The notes under the pieces: model-generated
What the model saw: the letters and a program-made list of their open reading frames with translations, nothing else
Database searches by the model: none
Told to the model about the DNA's origin: nothing
DNA from: a virus
IMG/VR virus record: IMGVR_UViG_3300035232_000453
DNA length: 64,000 bases
Direction: 5' to 3' (one strand)
In this document: positions 1 through 8,419 of the stretch, one piece after another
How the letters are laid out: each line of letters opens with the position of its first letter
How positions within the stretch are numbered: position 1 is the stretch's first letter
Made by a program: the position numbers and the translations under genes

Positions 1-70
1 CAGTTTTAGTTGCACCAAAACCAACTTTCTTAAATAGATAGTCTAACTTTTGATTATCGGAAATTGCCAT
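1..70 (-). CDS. 5' fragment of a probable virion structural protein (MAISDNQKLDYLFKKVGFGATKT...), runs off the window
   Basis: ATG at 70-68 overlaps the TAA of the upstream gene (TAATG coupling); frame open to the window edge. Confidence 0.7.
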   Translation of the reverse strand, partial: MAISDNQKLDYLFKKVGFGATKT

Positions 71-3000
71 TAACTAGCCTCCCCAATTGATATACTAGTT
101 ATTTCTTTTCCACTTGCTAATGCTACTCTAACCAACACAACATTATTTGTTGCGTTACTCATATTTTCACTACCTAGTGTCATTGTATAACTTGAATTGA
201 TACTGGAACCTGTTGGAACAACATCAGCACCTGTTAACGCACAACCATCTGCACCGTTACCGCCATTAGCAGTATCGCTACCCGGTATACCAGCACCTGC
301 GTACTGACTTGTACATTCAATCCATCCATTTAATCCACTAGCATTATCTACGCCAGTTCCAGGAGCTGCAATCCACATACCAGCTATTCCGTTTGAAGTA
401 ATGTTAATATCAAAATTAGCAACAACTTGTCTGCGGAAAGCAAAAGTAAAATACTGTGTTCCAGTATCTGCACTTCTGTCTGGTCCAACTGGTAAAAATC
501 CTGTTGAATAGTCTGTAGTATTATGTTCTAATGTACCCCATCTTACAGTAGCTTCTTGTGTTCCACTTACACTTACTGCACCAGTAAATGGTGTAGCAGT
601 ATAATCTGTTGAACCTGTTATAGTTGGTGTATCAGTTGTAGCATTTACAAAATCTGCAATACGCAAACCGTCTTCAGTAATTGTTCCATTACCTAAGCTA
701 TTTGCTACTGGTATATTGTCTTCTATAACACCTGTAGGATTAGCAGTATGCACCTGTACAGCGGTGTTAGTTAGTTCTGCATAGTTTGAGCTACCATTTA
801 CATTATTCGCTTTAAATTTAAGCGTTTCGACTGCTTTAACACTACTTGTAGTAATGTTAATTGTTTGGTCTGCTAATGCATATGATGAACCAAATCCAGT
901 ATTAGCATTTGGTATACCTGCTGTTAAATACGAAACTGCTTCCAGGTTTGCATATCCTTTATACTGTGTACTAATGGTTGCACCACTTGTACTTTCTGAA
1001 TTAGTACCGTTAGCAATTTCAAATACATTGTTTGTATCTCTATATGCTTGACCAATCCAGTCAGAAAGTGATGCACCACTAAGTGTGAGGGTAGGGCTTC
1101 CTGTGTTGTAGTATGGAATTCCAGATATGTATCTGTAACTACCTGCGGTGCTTTCTGTCAAAGTAGCACTTGTTAAGTCAATAGTAGGAACGCTAGTTAA
1201 GTCATCACAAATAACTGTCACGTAGTTAGTATTGCCTGTTGCATTATGCTCTATTCTTTGATCATTAACACCAGTTGAATATTCAGCAAATGGTTTAGTA
1301 ATTTTTGCATCAAATGTTTGGAAAAATCCAGTAGGATAAGTTGAAGAACTTATACTGTCATTTGCATCTCTTTGATCACTAATTACCAAGCTGTCAAAAG
1401 TACCGTTTTCATTTAAGGAAGTAGTAAACGCTTTTGAACCATCTGCTGAACCGTTAACAATTGCAGTTGCAGTACCACTTAAACCATTATATACATTTTG
1501 TGCAATGCTGGTGTCAATAGTACCGTTAGTATATCGTCTTTCGGTATTTGTTTTTAAACTTGCTCCAGCCGAGACTGGTGATGTTGCACTATTATCAGTA
1601 AAGTTATTAGCTAGTTTAGGATCAATACCCTGTGCGGAATCAGTAAGTGTAATTGTTTTTGTACTTAATCCGCCTGGTGCGTTTGGCACTGCATTAACTT
1701 GAAAAGTTAAGCTGGCCGAATCTGTTTGAGCTGTTATATCTGGAGTACCTGTTGCGGTAAAATCTAATTGATAGTTACCCGGTGTTACTCCTGTAAAGTC
1801 GTGTTGGACACTTGTTAGTCCTGCTTCATTATTATTAGCACTACCATCGTTCCAATCGTATTCATGATTGTCACCATTTTCACTTGTGTTGTTTACAGTA
1901 ACTAATGCTCTGTTTACGCCGGTATAATCTACGCCGTCATATACATCATATTGATTATCGCCGTTGCGATCTGAAACTGTATCTGCACTACCCAAGATGT
2001 TTGCTCTAACATCTGGTTCTACGTGAATTACAAAATCTATACTTTCAAAAGGACTGCTAGTATGATCGCTTAAAACTTGCAAATTACCTGTGTAGTCCAT
2101 TGCTACACTATTATCTAATAAAGTGTATTTGTGTGTTATTGTTCTAGCAGTATCTCCACTTTGATTACTGCCTACATTTACAGTTGTAATTGTACCATCG
2201 CCAAAGTCCCATAGATAACGTGTTCCGTATGTACTATAGCTTCCTATAGTTGCTTCAGTGCCATTAGTAAATGTTACTGTTAATCCGTTATTTGATTCTT
2301 CGTTAATACCTGTTGTAATGTCTGATGTTGCATCTGGTGTATGTGTGTCATAAATTTTATAACTTGCATCATCATCTAATGGAAGTAATGATGGCGTAGC
2401 TGTGCTATGACTGTCTAATGTTAGTGTAACGGTTCTTTGCACTTCTTGTTGTGTGCTAAGAGCAAATGTGTGGGCTATACGTCCTCCGCCTACGCCACCT
2501 GCTACACTATCTAAGTTAATAACATCATCTGCGGAACCATCTGCCCAATCCCATGTGTATTGAATTACTGCTCCCGATGTGTTAGTTGTTGTATTTTCAA
2601 AATAGACAGTATCGCCATCATCCCAATGTGTAATTGCGTTGCCACCAGTTGGTGCATCGTATACTACAAATGAAACGGCTGGATCGCCTGTGAAGATTGT
2701 AATATAATCTTCTCTTAATTTTTGTACTGAGCTACCAGCGCCTGTTCCTGTGTTATTAAATGCTGTAACATTTACATCAAAGGGACTACCAGTGTTGGTT
2801 GCGTATGTGTGAGTTGGAGTTGAGTCTGTTGTTGCGGTTGTTTGAGTGCCATCGCCCCAATCAATTGTATATCTGTTTGGGTCGCCAACAGTACTGATGG
2901 TTAATGTTGCAGTTAGTCCTGCTCCACCTGTTACTATATCAGAAACAAAATCTACAGACTTAACATAAGCACCTATTCTTATGTTTTCAATAATTTCTAA

Positions 3001-3213
3001 AACAGTAGCAGTATCGGCATCGCCGCCTGCATCAACATTTGATATTGCTGTTTCTAAAAATACTTTTGTTACAAGGTCTTGCGGGTCAACTGGGTCTGAT
3101 GCGTTTTTTACAATTTTAGCGGAAACATCAATATTGTTTGCCGCTCCTGCATCTAGTATTAGATCAGATTCAGATTTAATTTTATCTGCCTGATGATTTA
3201 TGTTTATAGCCAA
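70..3213 (-). CDS. Large virion structural/decoration protein with multiple PKD (Ig-like) domains
   Basis: 1047 aa, T/S/G/N-rich; PKD signatures YTIDWGDG, YTWDWADG, YLWDFGDG, YDWNDG; TTG start. Confidence 0.75.
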   Translation of the reverse strand: MAININHQADKIKSESDLILDAGAANNIDVSAKIVKNASDPVDPQDLVTKVFLETAISNVDAGGDADTATVLEIIENIRIGAYVKSVDFVSDIVTGGAGLTATLTISTVGDPNRYTIDWGDGTQTTATTDSTPTHTYATNTGSPFDVNVTAFNNTGTGAGSSVQKLREDYITIFTGDPAVSFVVYDAPTGGNAITHWDDGDTVYFENTTTNTSGAVIQYTWDWADGSADDVINLDSVAGGVGGGRIAHTFALSTQQEVQRTVTLTLDSHSTATPSLLPLDDDASYKIYDTHTPDATSDITTGINEESNNGLTVTFTNGTEATIGSYSTYGTRYLWDFGDGTITTVNVGSNQSGDTARTITHKYTLLDNSVAMDYTGNLQVLSDHTSSPFESIDFVIHVEPDVRANILGSADTVSDRNGDNQYDVYDGVDYTGVNRALVTVNNTSENGDNHEYDWNDGSANNNEAGLTSVQHDFTGVTPGNYQLDFTATGTPDITAQTDSASLTFQVNAVPNAPGGLSTKTITLTDSAQGIDPKLANNFTDNSATSPVSAGASLKTNTERRYTNGTIDTSIAQNVYNGLSGTATAIVNGSADGSKAFTTSLNENGTFDSLVISDQRDANDSISSSTYPTGFFQTFDAKITKPFAEYSTGVNDQRIEHNATGNTNYVTVICDDLTSVPTIDLTSATLTESTAGSYRYISGIPYYNTGSPTLTLSGASLSDWIGQAYRDTNNVFEIANGTNSESTSGATISTQYKGYANLEAVSYLTAGIPNANTGFGSSYALADQTINITTSSVKAVETLKFKANNVNGSSNYAELTNTAVQVHTANPTGVIEDNIPVANSLGNGTITEDGLRIADFVNATTDTPTITGSTDYTATPFTGAVSVSGTQEATVRWGTLEHNTTDYSTGFLPVGPDRSADTGTQYFTFAFRRQVVANFDINITSNGIAGMWIAAPGTGVDNASGLNGWIECTSQYAGAGIPGSDTANGGNGADGCALTGADVVPTGSSINSSYTMTLGSENMSNATNNVVLVRVALASGKEITSISIGEAS

Positions 3214-3289
3214 CTTCTTCTATTCCTCACAATTTCGCCGCTCTTGCGTTTTTGTTATACTTACTTATTTAACCAGCGTTTATTAATTA

Positions 3290-3898
3290 TTAATTTACGC
3301 TAGGGTTTCCATATAAGGAAAGAATAGCCCAACCAGACTCAGTAAAAATAAATTCTGCACACTGACCAATGGTTACAAATGATATGTCTGTTCCATTTAA
3401 GAACGTGTCTGGTGTGACAACAATTGTACTACTTGGAGTATCAGTTACTACTAAAATTTTTCTTTCACCTTCAATGCCATCTGCTAATGTTAGTGCAGTG
3501 CTAGTTGATGCATTTAGATAAACTGTGCCAGATGTTGATAAGGATACAGAGTTTGTAGCTGATGTTTTAACTGATACTACTTTTTGTAAAAATGCAATAT
3601 CCCAAGGACTACTATTTGTTCCTAGATCATATTGTATTCCAGAATCAGTATTTGGTACAACATTACTGTTTACGTTTGCATTCAGCGTTAATGATCCTCC
3701 TGCGTTTCCTAATGATATAACGTTTCCGTTTACAACAAGAGTACCGCCGACATATAAATTGTCTAATATGCCTGCTCCGCCTCTTACGCAAAGAGCAGAT
3801 GTTGTTGATGCTAAATTCAAATCAGCAGCATTAACGTCTAATACGTTAGTGCTTTCTATTACTAGTGTTCCAGAATCTGGGTTAATGTGTGATGACAT
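3290..3898 (-). CDS. Virion structural protein (fibre/appendage-like)
   Basis: 202 aa beta-rich (VRGGAGILDNLYVGG, YDLGTNSSPW, LTLADGIEGERK); GATAAATA motif upstream. Confidence 0.6.
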   Translation of the reverse strand: MSSHINPDSGTLVIESTNVLDVNAADLNLASTTSALCVRGGAGILDNLYVGGTLVVNGNVISLGNAGGSLTLNANVNSNVVPNTDSGIQYDLGTNSSPWDIAFLQKVVSVKTSATNSVSLSTSGTVYLNASTSTALTLADGIEGERKILVVTDTPSSTIVVTPDTFLNGTDISFVTIGQCAEFIFTESGWAILSLYGNPSVN

Positions 3899-3935
3899 AA
3901 TACTTTCTTCCTACTACTTCCTTTTATTATATATG

Positions 3936-3943
3936 TATTTATC
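3936..3943 (-). promoter_or_regulatory. T4-type late promoter (GATAAATA)
   Basis: 7/8 match to TATAAATA upstream of a structural gene; motif recurs in most intergenic gaps. Confidence 0.6.
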
Positions 3944-3971
3944 AAAGACAAACCTTTTTGGCTGCTCAAAG

Positions 3972-3995
3972 AAAAAGACGCCAAAGCGTCTTTTT
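3972..3995 (-). terminator. Intrinsic terminator (possibly bidirectional)
   Basis: AAAAAGACGC-caaa-GCGTCTTTTT inverted repeat with T-runs on both strands. Confidence 0.75.
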
Positions 3996-4214
3996 AGAAT
4001 AAGCAAAATAGGTAGGATTCGGTTATACCTACAACCCCATAACACAGATACCATCTGAAATAAGGGAGCCAAGTTCCGCTTAGTATTGCGATGTGACACA
4101 GCGTATTTCTACTACCACGCCTGGGTACTACCCCTAACTTGCCAAGTTCGACCCTCTGGTAAAGGCCTCTTCCTTGCACTATAAACATTGAGCCGCTAAA
4201 CTCTTTGTTGCTAT
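3972..4214 (-). ncRNA. Candidate ~245-nt structured non-coding RNA, family unassigned
   Basis: Own sigma70-type promoter and terminator, GC higher than flanks, many hairpins, 5'/3' closing stem, no credible RBS-led ORF. Confidence 0.65.
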
Positions 4215-4220
4215 GTACTT

Positions 4221-4249
4221 AATATACAACATATTTGTACAAAGGTCAA
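4221..4249 (-). promoter_or_regulatory. sigma70-type promoter TTGACC-N17-TATATT
   Basis: -35 at 4249-4244, -10 at 4226-4221, 17-nt spacer, just downstream of the capsid-gene terminator. Confidence 0.7.
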
Positions 4250-4290
4250 CCTTTATTTAATAAAAAATTAATCTTTTTTAAAAATAAGCC

Positions 4291-4321
4291 AAAAAAATAG
4301 GCCCAATAAAGGGCCTATTTT
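4291..4321 (-). terminator. Intrinsic terminator of the major capsid gene
   Basis: AAAATAGGCCC-aataaa-GGGCCTATTTT; T7 run on the minus strand; begins ~20 nt after the gp23 stop. Confidence 0.85.
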
Positions 4322-4343
4322 AGTATTACTTGTTAAGTTCGGT

Positions 4344-5507
4344 TTATGAGAACTTAAGGTTACCTGATGCAACGTCAATTTTCGCTAAGTAGTCAGCTGC
4401 ATTACCAAGAGATGAAGCTTGGTTGTTTAGCTCAACATAGCCATAACGTGTCATAAATGATACTGTTGGCTCGAAAGTTGATGGATCAAGTACTGTGCCT
4501 GAAGACATTAATGGAATGTATGGGCAATAGAATGCTGCCGCATCAATTTCACCGTCGCCTTTATAGCCAACTAGTACTGGAGCATTATCTGCCGCGTACT
4601 GGTCAACGAAAACACGCATAGTATTATTCAAAGTACCAACAAATTTAGTGTTAGTTGGAGCTTCAAATGGACCTTCAGTTGTTCTTGCAAACGCTGAAGT
4701 TGTCGCACTTTGTAGTACTGTTAACATTGTTGGTGAAACAACAACGTAGTTACCTGCGCCACGACGTGTACGTGTAGCGATTAGGTTTGCAGATCTGTTA
4801 ATAAGAACCGCTAGTGCAGCATGCTCGTCACCGACGAAAGTTGCTTGTCCTGAAACAGCGCCTTGGTCGTATGTGTCTGCAGCTGTACCTGCTAATGTAC
4901 GTAGTGAAGTTAAAACTTCTTGATCGATTTCAGCAGTAATTTCTTGTGCAAGTGCTTGCATGATTTCTGCTTCAACGTCTAGACCGTGCATTGAATTAGC
5001 ATCTTGTGCCGCTTCAAAAGTCCAACGTGCTGATAGTTTACGTGTTTTAGCTTCAACAGTTTGTTTCAATACTTGGATTGAAAGTTTACGACCTGCTTCT
5101 GCTTCTAAAGAAGAAGTTGAAGTCGCTTTACCTGTTGCTGCGTCACCTGAGTAACCTTTTGCAATTGCAAATGGGCTTAGTGCTTCGTCGCCTGCTGTTG
5201 CAGTTGCGGCTGTTTCACCATATCTTACTCTTAGTGTGTGAATTTGTCCTACTGGACCTGTCATAGGTTGTACACCTACTAGTTCGTTCGCGATAACTGT
5301 TGGCATTACACGACGAATAACTGGAAGAATCACTTTGTTAAGTGATGCAACGTTACCTGCCATTGTTGTACCAGCTGCGGCTGATTCTGAAAGATAGCTC
5401 TTAGTGTTTTCTAGAACTGACTCCATAACAACCTTTTTGTTACCTGATAAACCATCTGTTAGTGCGTCTTTAGTTACGCCCCAATTTTCAAATAGATTCT
5501 GTGTCAT
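4344..5507 (-). CDS. gp23: T4-like major capsid protein
   Basis: IRRVMPTVIANELVGVQPMTGP, VEAKTRKLSARWT, EITAEID, AFYCPYIPL, FMTRYG; AGGAG RBS. Confidence 0.95.
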   Translation of the reverse strand: MTQNLFENWGVTKDALTDGLSGNKKVVMESVLENTKSYLSESAAAGTTMAGNVASLNKVILPVIRRVMPTVIANELVGVQPMTGPVGQIHTLRVRYGETAATATAGDEALSPFAIAKGYSGDAATGKATSTSSLEAEAGRKLSIQVLKQTVEAKTRKLSARWTFEAAQDANSMHGLDVEAEIMQALAQEITAEIDQEVLTSLRTLAGTAADTYDQGAVSGQATFVGDEHAALAVLINRSANLIATRTRRGAGNYVVVSPTMLTVLQSATTSAFARTTEGPFEAPTNTKFVGTLNNTMRVFVDQYAADNAPVLVGYKGDGEIDAAAFYCPYIPLMSSGTVLDPSTFEPTVSFMTRYGYVELNNQASSLGNAADYLAKIDVASGNLKFS

Positions 5508-5519
5508 TTGGAATTCTCC

Positions 5520-6617
5520 TTAGTTGATTCCTGCTAACTTTTTAAGGTTAATAATTTCGGCTTCATTTGCAGTTTCATTTGCAGTTGCTGCCTTGTTACC
5601 GGTAATCACAGTCTTCTGTGATTCTGTTAGTTTTTGTGATTTAACTGTGCTTGATTCATTTAATACTGTTGGTAAGTATTTGTTGAATTGAGCTTTAAGT
5701 TTACTTGTGCTTACGCTTTCAAGTAAGTTGTTCATTAATTCACGCTTATCTTTAGATAGTGGAGACATAAGTTCAGTTATAACTGCCTCACGCTCACGGC
5801 TTTCGTTAATTGCTGCAACTTTATCAGTTGCTTCGGTAATTTTTGCCTCTCTATCTGCAATTTCTTTTTGTGATTCGTCAAGTTGACTCTTCACATCTGA
5901 AAGTTCTTTTGAAAGTTTAGAAATATGTGTTCCTTCAGCTATATGTGAACTCATAAACTCAGCTGCAAAAGTTTCGAACAGTTTACGTCCAAACATATTT
6001 TCTTTTGCTTGCTTTATATCTTCTTTCAACGTACCTAATTCAGTTGATAATGTTGTATCAACAATATTAGCTAGTTTAGTTGAAGCTTTGTCAATGAAAT
6101 CAGTTTTAGCTTGATTGATCATTTCTTTACCTTCCGCAACAAGTTTTACCTTTTGTTCAATAAGGTCTTTCTTGTCATTATGGAATTCATTAAGTTCTGA
6201 AGTAAGTTGTTCCATCACAAAATCTTCTAGCTTCTCAAAGTTGCCTTCTTGTAGCTTTCTGTCTTTGCGTAGTTCTGTAATTTCCTTGTTAAGCGTTTCC
6301 ATAACAAACTTATCAAGTATTTCTGCATGTTCTGAGATTTTACGTTTGTACTCAACTTGAGCTTCTACTGCCGCTTTTTTGTCCGCTGCAAATTCTTGCA
6401 ATTCAGTGTTAATCGTATCTGATACCATGGCATCTAGTGCTTCCACCATTGATGTCTTATCAGTTTCGTATCTGTTTGCGAATTCTTCACGTAATTCAGC
6501 AGTGATCTCTTCTCGAGCTTCTGTTAAACGTTCTTCCCATGCTTCTGAAAGTGTTGAACGCACTTCCTCAGAAAGGACTTCGGAACTTAGGAGTTGTTCT
6601 ATTGCATTATTAGCCAT
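5520..6617 (-). CDS. gp22: Prohead core scaffold protein (gp22-like)
   Basis: Coiled-coil, E/K-rich; between protease and capsid genes; GRKLFETFAAEF; C-terminal LKKLAG. Confidence 0.8.
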   Translation of the reverse strand: MANNAIEQLLSSEVLSEEVRSTLSEAWEERLTEAREEITAELREEFANRYETDKTSMVEALDAMVSDTINTELQEFAADKKAAVEAQVEYKRKISEHAEILDKFVMETLNKEITELRKDRKLQEGNFEKLEDFVMEQLTSELNEFHNDKKDLIEQKVKLVAEGKEMINQAKTDFIDKASTKLANIVDTTLSTELGTLKEDIKQAKENMFGRKLFETFAAEFMSSHIAEGTHISKLSKELSDVKSQLDESQKEIADREAKITEATDKVAAINESREREAVITELMSPLSKDKRELMNNLLESVSTSKLKAQFNKYLPTVLNESSTVKSQKLTESQKTVITGNKAATANETANEAEIINLKKLAGIN

Positions 6618-7247
6618 CTAGCTTCTCCTAATGTTTAGTTTTTCAATGAACTTTAATACTTCCTTCTGGAGGTATTGATTTGCTATTGTGTCGTCTTTTA
6701 CTGCGGTTGCAACATCCAATAAAATATTACCACGGTGTCCATTCATGATCTGCTCATATAGAGGATCTGGGTATGCATCCGGGGCACTTGGATTAGCAAC
6801 AATATCAACAGTTTGTATTTCAAAATCACTGACATTACCGCTTTCTGCTACGTTACCACTACCTCTTGACGAAACGCCAAGTTTTACTCCGTTTTCTAAA
6901 AGGGTTTTACAAATATTTCCCATTGGAGTTGGTAACAGTTTTAAACGACCATAACCGTCTTGGCCGTCCATCCACATTTTTTCAATCATGTGAGATACAC
7001 GGTCCAAATTGACTTGCAAATCATCTGGATGATCTGCTTCGCCTAATACTGAATAACCAGTTTCAATTTTTTCTTGTATTGCCTTAACGGCTTTTGAAAT
7101 TTCTGTAACTGGATAAACTCTACTATTTTGATTACGCTTGTCACCTTGTACAAAGATACCTTGCATAAACAAGTTCTTACCTTCCTGATCTGACTCAGTA
7201 ATGATTTTTGCTTGATCGTAACTTAGGTTCTCTTTTAGTGTAAGCAT
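6618..7247 (-). CDS. gp21: Prohead maturation protease
   Basis: NQNSRVYP, LGEADHP, GVSSRGSG, DIVANPSAPDA motifs. Confidence 0.93.
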   Translation of the reverse strand: MLTLKENLSYDQAKIITESDQEGKNLFMQGIFVQGDKRNQNSRVYPVTEISKAVKAIQEKIETGYSVLGEADHPDDLQVNLDRVSHMIEKMWMDGQDGYGRLKLLPTPMGNICKTLLENGVKLGVSSRGSGNVAESGNVSDFEIQTVDIVANPSAPDAYPDPLYEQIMNGHRGNILLDVATAVKDDTIANQYLQKEVLKFIEKLNIRRS

Positions 7248-7249
7248 AA

Positions 7250-8092
7250 TTAGTTAGCCTTGCCTTTTTTCTCAGCACCGTGGCCTGCTGGGTTTGCTTT
7301 AAGATCGTCTATGTCTTGTGGACCATCAACGTTCATATCTTTAGCATCGCCTGTTAAGCCTTTTTTAGCGCCTTCTGAAGATTTCTTAGACATGTCTACT
7401 GTTTCGCCGCCCATGTCGTTCTTACCTGCAACTGGTGACGCTTTACCGTCATCGCCTGCTGGCATACTTACTGGAGCTGCTTTTAGTTCTGCACCTTCTT
7501 CGATTTCTTCTGAGTCTTCATCAGTTTCAGCATCAGTTTCTTCAATTACTGGAGATACTGCTTCTTCCATTTCTGGTTCCATTTCTGGTTCCATTTCTGG
7601 CATAGCTTCTTCTTCTGAATCACCCATTACTTTGGCAAATTCTGCTTTAAGATCTGCTAGTGCGTCTTCGACGTTTACTAACTTATCTTCAATTTCTTCA
7701 TGCTCTTCTTCGTGTGCTGATTCTTCACCATCACCGTCAAAGTCCATGTCGCCATCTTCGTCTGATAATTCCATTTCAGCTTCTGGGTCGCTTAGATCTG
7801 ATTCAGGAGCGTCTTCGCCGTCTTCATCTTCACCGAACATTTCTTCTGCTTCGATTTCTTCATCATCTTCTTCGATGTCGCCGATAAAGTCGTCAGCTTT
7901 TTCGTCGCTGATCGCTTCATCAATTTCTTCTTCTGCAACTTCATCTTCAACAACTTCGTCAGCTTCGACTAGGTCATTCCAGATTTCACGTGCTTTTTCT
8001 ACGAATGCTTCGTGTAATAGATCCGATGCTTGTGCTTCTTCACCATTAACTAGGCTTTCAATTACTTTAATATAACGTTCGCGAGTACTCAT
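7250..8092 (-). CDS. Highly acidic prohead core protein (gp67/68-like position)
   Basis: Start moved to ATG 8092 (AGGAG at 8105-8101); 280 aa, very D/E-rich; between portal and protease. Confidence 0.7.
   Translation of the reverse strand: MSTRERYIKVIESLVNGEEAQASDLLHEAFVEKAREIWNDLVEADEVVEDEVAEEEIDEAISDEKADDFIGDIEEDDEEIEAEEMFGEDEDGEDAPESDLSDPEAEMELSDEDGDMDFDGDGEESAHEEEHEEIEDKLVNVEDALADLKAEFAKVMGDSEEEAMPEMEPEMEPEMEEAVSPVIEETDAETDEDSEEIEEGAELKAAPVSMPAGDDGKASPVAGKNDMGGETVDMSKKSSEGAKKGLTGDAKDMNVDGPQDIDDLKANPAGHGAEKKGKAN
7565..7600. repeat. Perfect 12-bp tandem repeat x3 (TTCCATTTCTGG), encoding PEME repeats
   Basis: Three exact copies; in frame as MPEMEPEMEPEMEE. Confidence 0.9.
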
Positions 8093-8124
8093 TTGACATT
8101 CTCCTTTAAAGGTTATAACATGTG

Positions 8125-8131
8125 TATTTAG
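8125..8131 (-). promoter_or_regulatory. Late promoter-like CTAAATA
   Basis: TAAATA core ~30 nt upstream of the core/protease/scaffold/capsid operon. Confidence 0.5.
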
Positions 8132-8161
8132 TCTTGGCATAGAGCAAGATGTCTTAAATAC

Positions 8162-8190
8162 AAAAAAAACCGTGGTTTTGAAGTCACGGT
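8162..8190 (-). terminator. Probable intrinsic terminator after the portal operon
   Basis: Minus strand ACCGTG-N10-CACGGT followed by a T run. Confidence 0.55.
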
Positions 8191-8224
8191 AGTGATTTTA
8201 GGCATTATAAGTGTATATTACTTA

Positions 8225-8419
8225 CTATGCTTCGGGGCTAGCGCCGTACTGTAGTTGCACATCTTCTATCTTATCTGCATGCTCACTACGAGTCATTTCG
8301 CGTCTATTACGCATTTTGTTTAGATGTTTTAGTGTCAATTTAGGTCTACGAGTATCATCCTCGTCCCATTTATTGAAGTTATCATCTTGTTCATTTTGTG
8401 CTAATTCATTAAATCGCAT
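8225..8419 (-). CDS. Small head-module protein (64 aa, MRFNELAQNE...DTRRPKLTLKHLNKMR)
   Basis: Start moved to ATG 8419 (GGAG upstream), overlapping the portal 3' end. Confidence 0.65.
   Translation of the reverse strand: MRFNELAQNEQDDNFNKWDEDDTRRPKLTLKHLNKMRNRREMTRSEHADKIEDVQLQYGASPEA

Noticed and set aside
4012-4032. tRNA or tmRNA call from the T-arm-like hairpin
   Set aside because: No cloverleaf, acceptor stem with CCA, or tag reading frame
3525-4058. 177-aa plus-strand ORF, and similar antisense ORFs such as 10334-10999, 23010-23405, 37584-38018 and 44927-45361
   Set aside because: Opposite well-supported genes, with no RBS or recognisable motifs
3914-4188. 61-aa and 64-aa minus-strand ORFs over the candidate RNA
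   Set aside because: No RBS, atypical composition, and one crosses the terminator; RNA structure explains the region better
7260-8075. 271-aa Ser-rich plus-strand ORF
   Set aside because: Antisense shadow of the D/E-rich core gene; reverse-complemented GAA/GAT codons give Ser/Phe/Ile-rich stop-free frames
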